This document shows, piece by piece, positions 61,701 through 64,000 of a stretch of 64,000 nucleotides of DNA. The translations under genes and the position numbers were made by a program. This DNA comes from Macrostomum lignano (taxonomy: Eukaryota). The stretch spans positions 186,001-250,000 of the forward strand of contig NIVC01000856.1 in the NCBI GenBank assembly GCA_002269645.1, in the 5' to 3' direction. Each line of letters begins with the position of its first letter. Within the stretch, counting starts at the first letter, position 1. The notes beneath the pieces were generated by a model that was not told where the DNA came from, did not search any database, and was given only the letters and a program-made list of their open reading frames with translations.

Positions 61701-63078
61701 TTGACCCTAGAGAGATTTGTATTGATCATATTTTGGTCAACACATCACCTTCAACACTACAACAAAGCGCAAAGACGTCACCTGGCTGCTCGCTAAGGTT
61801 GGACGAGCTCTGACTACCCCCGGACCGGATCCGTGACCTTGCGCGCATTCGTCCGAATCGTCCGATTCGTTGGGCGATGAGTTGTGAAAGAAGCTGCTCT
61901 TCTGAGAAATGAAACCCCTTTAATTCAATGCTCATTTCTGTTCCCCATTTAGTCGATTGCACTCACTGAAGAGGATACAGTCGGCCGGATGCACTCCCTG
62001 TGTGACAGTACTTCTGTAGCTTTAATTAAGAGCTTGGATACCCCCTCCGACCAGGAACGTTTAAAACTGCATGGTGATTTCTGAATTTTCATTCAGCTAC
62101 CAATAGTTCGCTACAATACCTTCTTCCTTCCGTTCAGCTTCTCCTGCTCCATCAGAAAAGCGTCCAGGAAGTCGTTTGGCGAGCTGACTCCGGCCAGCTG
62201 GGCCCGGTGAGCGTCGATTTGCATCTGGCAGAAGCCGTGCGTCACCTTCAGATTCCGCTGCACAACGTACACGTCAACGCCGAGCAGCTCTAGCAGGCGC
62301 ATCACTCCCGGGATCTGGTACAGCAACGGAAATCCCACCGGGATGAATCTGGCCAAGTCGCCGCCCTGCAGATTCTCCTGGGTGGCCGCGAGGAAAGCTT
62401 CGAACCGGTCGTCCTGGGAGCCAGCCCGATAGCCGAACAGCATCACGCTGATGACGTTGGCGATGGCCCGGCAGAGCACTTCAGTGGTGTCCACGCCAGC
62501 TTCGCCAGCCGTGTTGAACTGATCGCGCAGGTCCTGCAGCTCCTGATGGATTGAGTCCTCGGTGCCGGCTCGCGCAAATCCGAAATCGCGAAGAACCTGA
62601 CGATGTGTGGAGTTGCATGGTACTTACGGTGGTGCAACATACTCACTGGGTTGATCATTCATTACTTAAACTCTACTGTGAGGTGTTCCTAATAAAGAAC
62701 GTAATTTTTAAGATTATAAAATCTGGAAAGGTTTATATTTGTGCCTTGGGCATCTCAAATGTCCACGTCCGACCAACGAAAGGCCCACCTTGAGAGCAAA
62801 CCGCCTGTGCTCGCGCCACAGCTCGCCTTCTGAGGACACGATGCCCTTTCCGTGCGTAAGGCTGTTTATATAGTTGGAATTCATCCGACCGCTGAACACA
62901 TCGCCGAATTCCTGCGAGGCCAGAGCCTCCTTGACGGCCGCATAGCTGTTCAACACGACGAACCGACGTGCGCCGAGTCTGTAGCTGACCAGGTCGCCGT
63001 AGCGTTTGCGCCAATCTGCGTGAGCAGCCAGGAATGTCGGCCGAGGCAGGTTCGGCAGGTTGCCTAGCAGAGGCCATC
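58773..63078 (-). CDS. Cytochrome P450, CYP2 clan; 5'-incomplete (membrane-anchor exon presumably beyond the window end)
   Basis: Exons 63078-62789, 62596-62120, 60176-59880, 59153-58773. Motifs GWPLLGNL, WREHRRFAL (WxxxR), ELFVAGTDTT (I-helix), EVQR (ExxR), FQPERF (PERF), PFGVGKRACLG (heme). The first visible exon starts at an AG acceptor in phase 1. Confidence 0.95.
59260..59700. repeat. 14-bp G-rich tandem repeat
   Basis: Unit GGGGCTGGGGTGTT. Confidence 0.93.
60393..60484. promoter_or_regulatory. Promoter-like cluster (2 GC boxes, 2 inverted CCAAT boxes) in a P450 intron
   Basis: CCCCGCCCC at 60393 and 60423; GATTGG at 60439 and 60479. Motif presence only. Confidence 0.3.
60803..60971. 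other. Array of four (plus one variant) hairpins with invariant GCGTCGTACGC apex
   Basis: Motif at 60813, 60846, 60875 and 60913, each embedded in a different extended inverted repeat. Confidence 0.8.
61050..61548. mobile_element. hAT-type MITE (499 bp) with internal 21-bp minisatellite
   Basis: TIRs CATAGGCGTAGGAACG / CGTTCCTACGCCTATG (perfect 16 bp); 8-bp TSD ttattgtc / ttattttc. Confidence 0.85.
61208..61398. repeat. 21-bp minisatellite inside the second hAT MITE
   Basis: Unit ACTCATTTTAGCGCCGCAGAC. Confidence 0.95.
61557..61800 (+). mobile_element. Short LINE fragment (post-RNase H region), interrupted upstream by a hAT MITE
   Basis: SSVNRAIHNWLSHKHQLHWNSCFEYRQTQAAMP has the same I..W....H...W......RQ....P pattern as the 18800-18930 fragment. 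Confidence 0.5.
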
Positions 63079-63214
63079 CTAAAATGAGGATTTATTTGGG
63101 ATTTCGCTTTGATACGAGCTGCATCTCAAAACCTTTGAAACCGGACAAAATTTCACGACGCCTAATGGCACCTCAACTCAACCACGGATTGATCTCAAAT
63201 TGGAGATTAGTACC

Positions 63215-64000
63215 TGAATTTTATTATCTCTAATTGGAGATTAGTACCTGGATGACGTGATTTCTAATTGGAGATTAATACCTGGATGATGTGATCTCTA
63301 ATTGGAGAAATTAGTACCTGGATTTTATGATCTCTAATTGGAGATAAATACCTGAATGATGTGATCTCTAATTGGAGAAATTAGTACCTGGATTTTATGA
63401 TCTCTAATTGGAGATAAATACCTGAATGACGTGATCTCTAATTGGAGATAAATACCTGAATGATGTGATTTCTAATTGGAGATAAATACCTGAATGACGT
63501 GATTTCTAATTGGAGATAAATACCTGAATGATGTGATTTCTAATTGGAGATAAATACCTGAATGACGTGATTTCTAATTGGAGATAAATACCTGAATGAT
63601 GTGATTTCTAATTGGAGATAAATACCTGAATGACGTGATTTCTAATTGGAGATAAATACCTGAATGATGTGATTTCTAATTGGAGATAAATACCTGAATG
63701 ACGTGATTTCTAATTGGAGATTAATACCTGGATGACGTGATCTCTAATTGGAGATAAATACCTGAATGATGTGATTTCTAATTGGAGATAAATACCTGAA
63801 TGACGTGATTTCTAATTGGAGATAAATACCTGAATGATGTGATTTCTAATTGGAGATAAATACCTGAATGACGTGATTTCTAATTGGAGATAAATACCTG
63901 AATGATGTGATTTCTAATTGGAGATAAATACCTGAATGACGTGATTTCTAATTGGAGATAAATACCTGAATGATGTGATTTCTAATTGGAGATAAATACC
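63215..64000. repeat. 34-bp minisatellite running off the window end
   Basis: Unit TAATTGGAGATAAATACCTGAATGACGTGATTTC. Confidence 0.96.

Overview
Eukaryotic (metazoan) genomic DNA with GC-rich exons and introns filled by many different minisatellites. The style suggests a flatworm such as Macrostomum (inference only). Seven intron-containing or nested genes were reconstructed by hand with phase-consistent GT-AG junctions: ANKRD26-like (-, 1002-16148), MAIP1-like mitochondrial protein (+, 20381-21839), Na+/H+ exchanger (+, 23661-35185), NRF-6/OACYL-like acyltransferase (-, 39069-49453) with an intronless EF-hand gene nested on the same strand in intron 6, alpha-catulin-like (-, ~51953-57797) and a 5'-incomplete CYP2-clan P450 (-, 58773-63078). 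Most long ORFs in the supplied track are artefacts of tandem repeats. The most unusual items are: (i) four tandem hairpins with different covarying stems but an invariant GCGT-CGT-ACGC apex in a P450 intron; (ii) a TA-flanked MITE family, in two copies, carrying the 28S rRNA segment that contains the R2/I-PpoI target site; (iii) a 143-bp near-identical inverted copy of the P450 I-helix exon placed behind a tRNA-like Pol III head inside the neighbouring catulin intron; (iv) two hAT MITEs with different TIRs carrying the same minisatellite. All identifications come from reading and recalled family motifs; no database searches were run.
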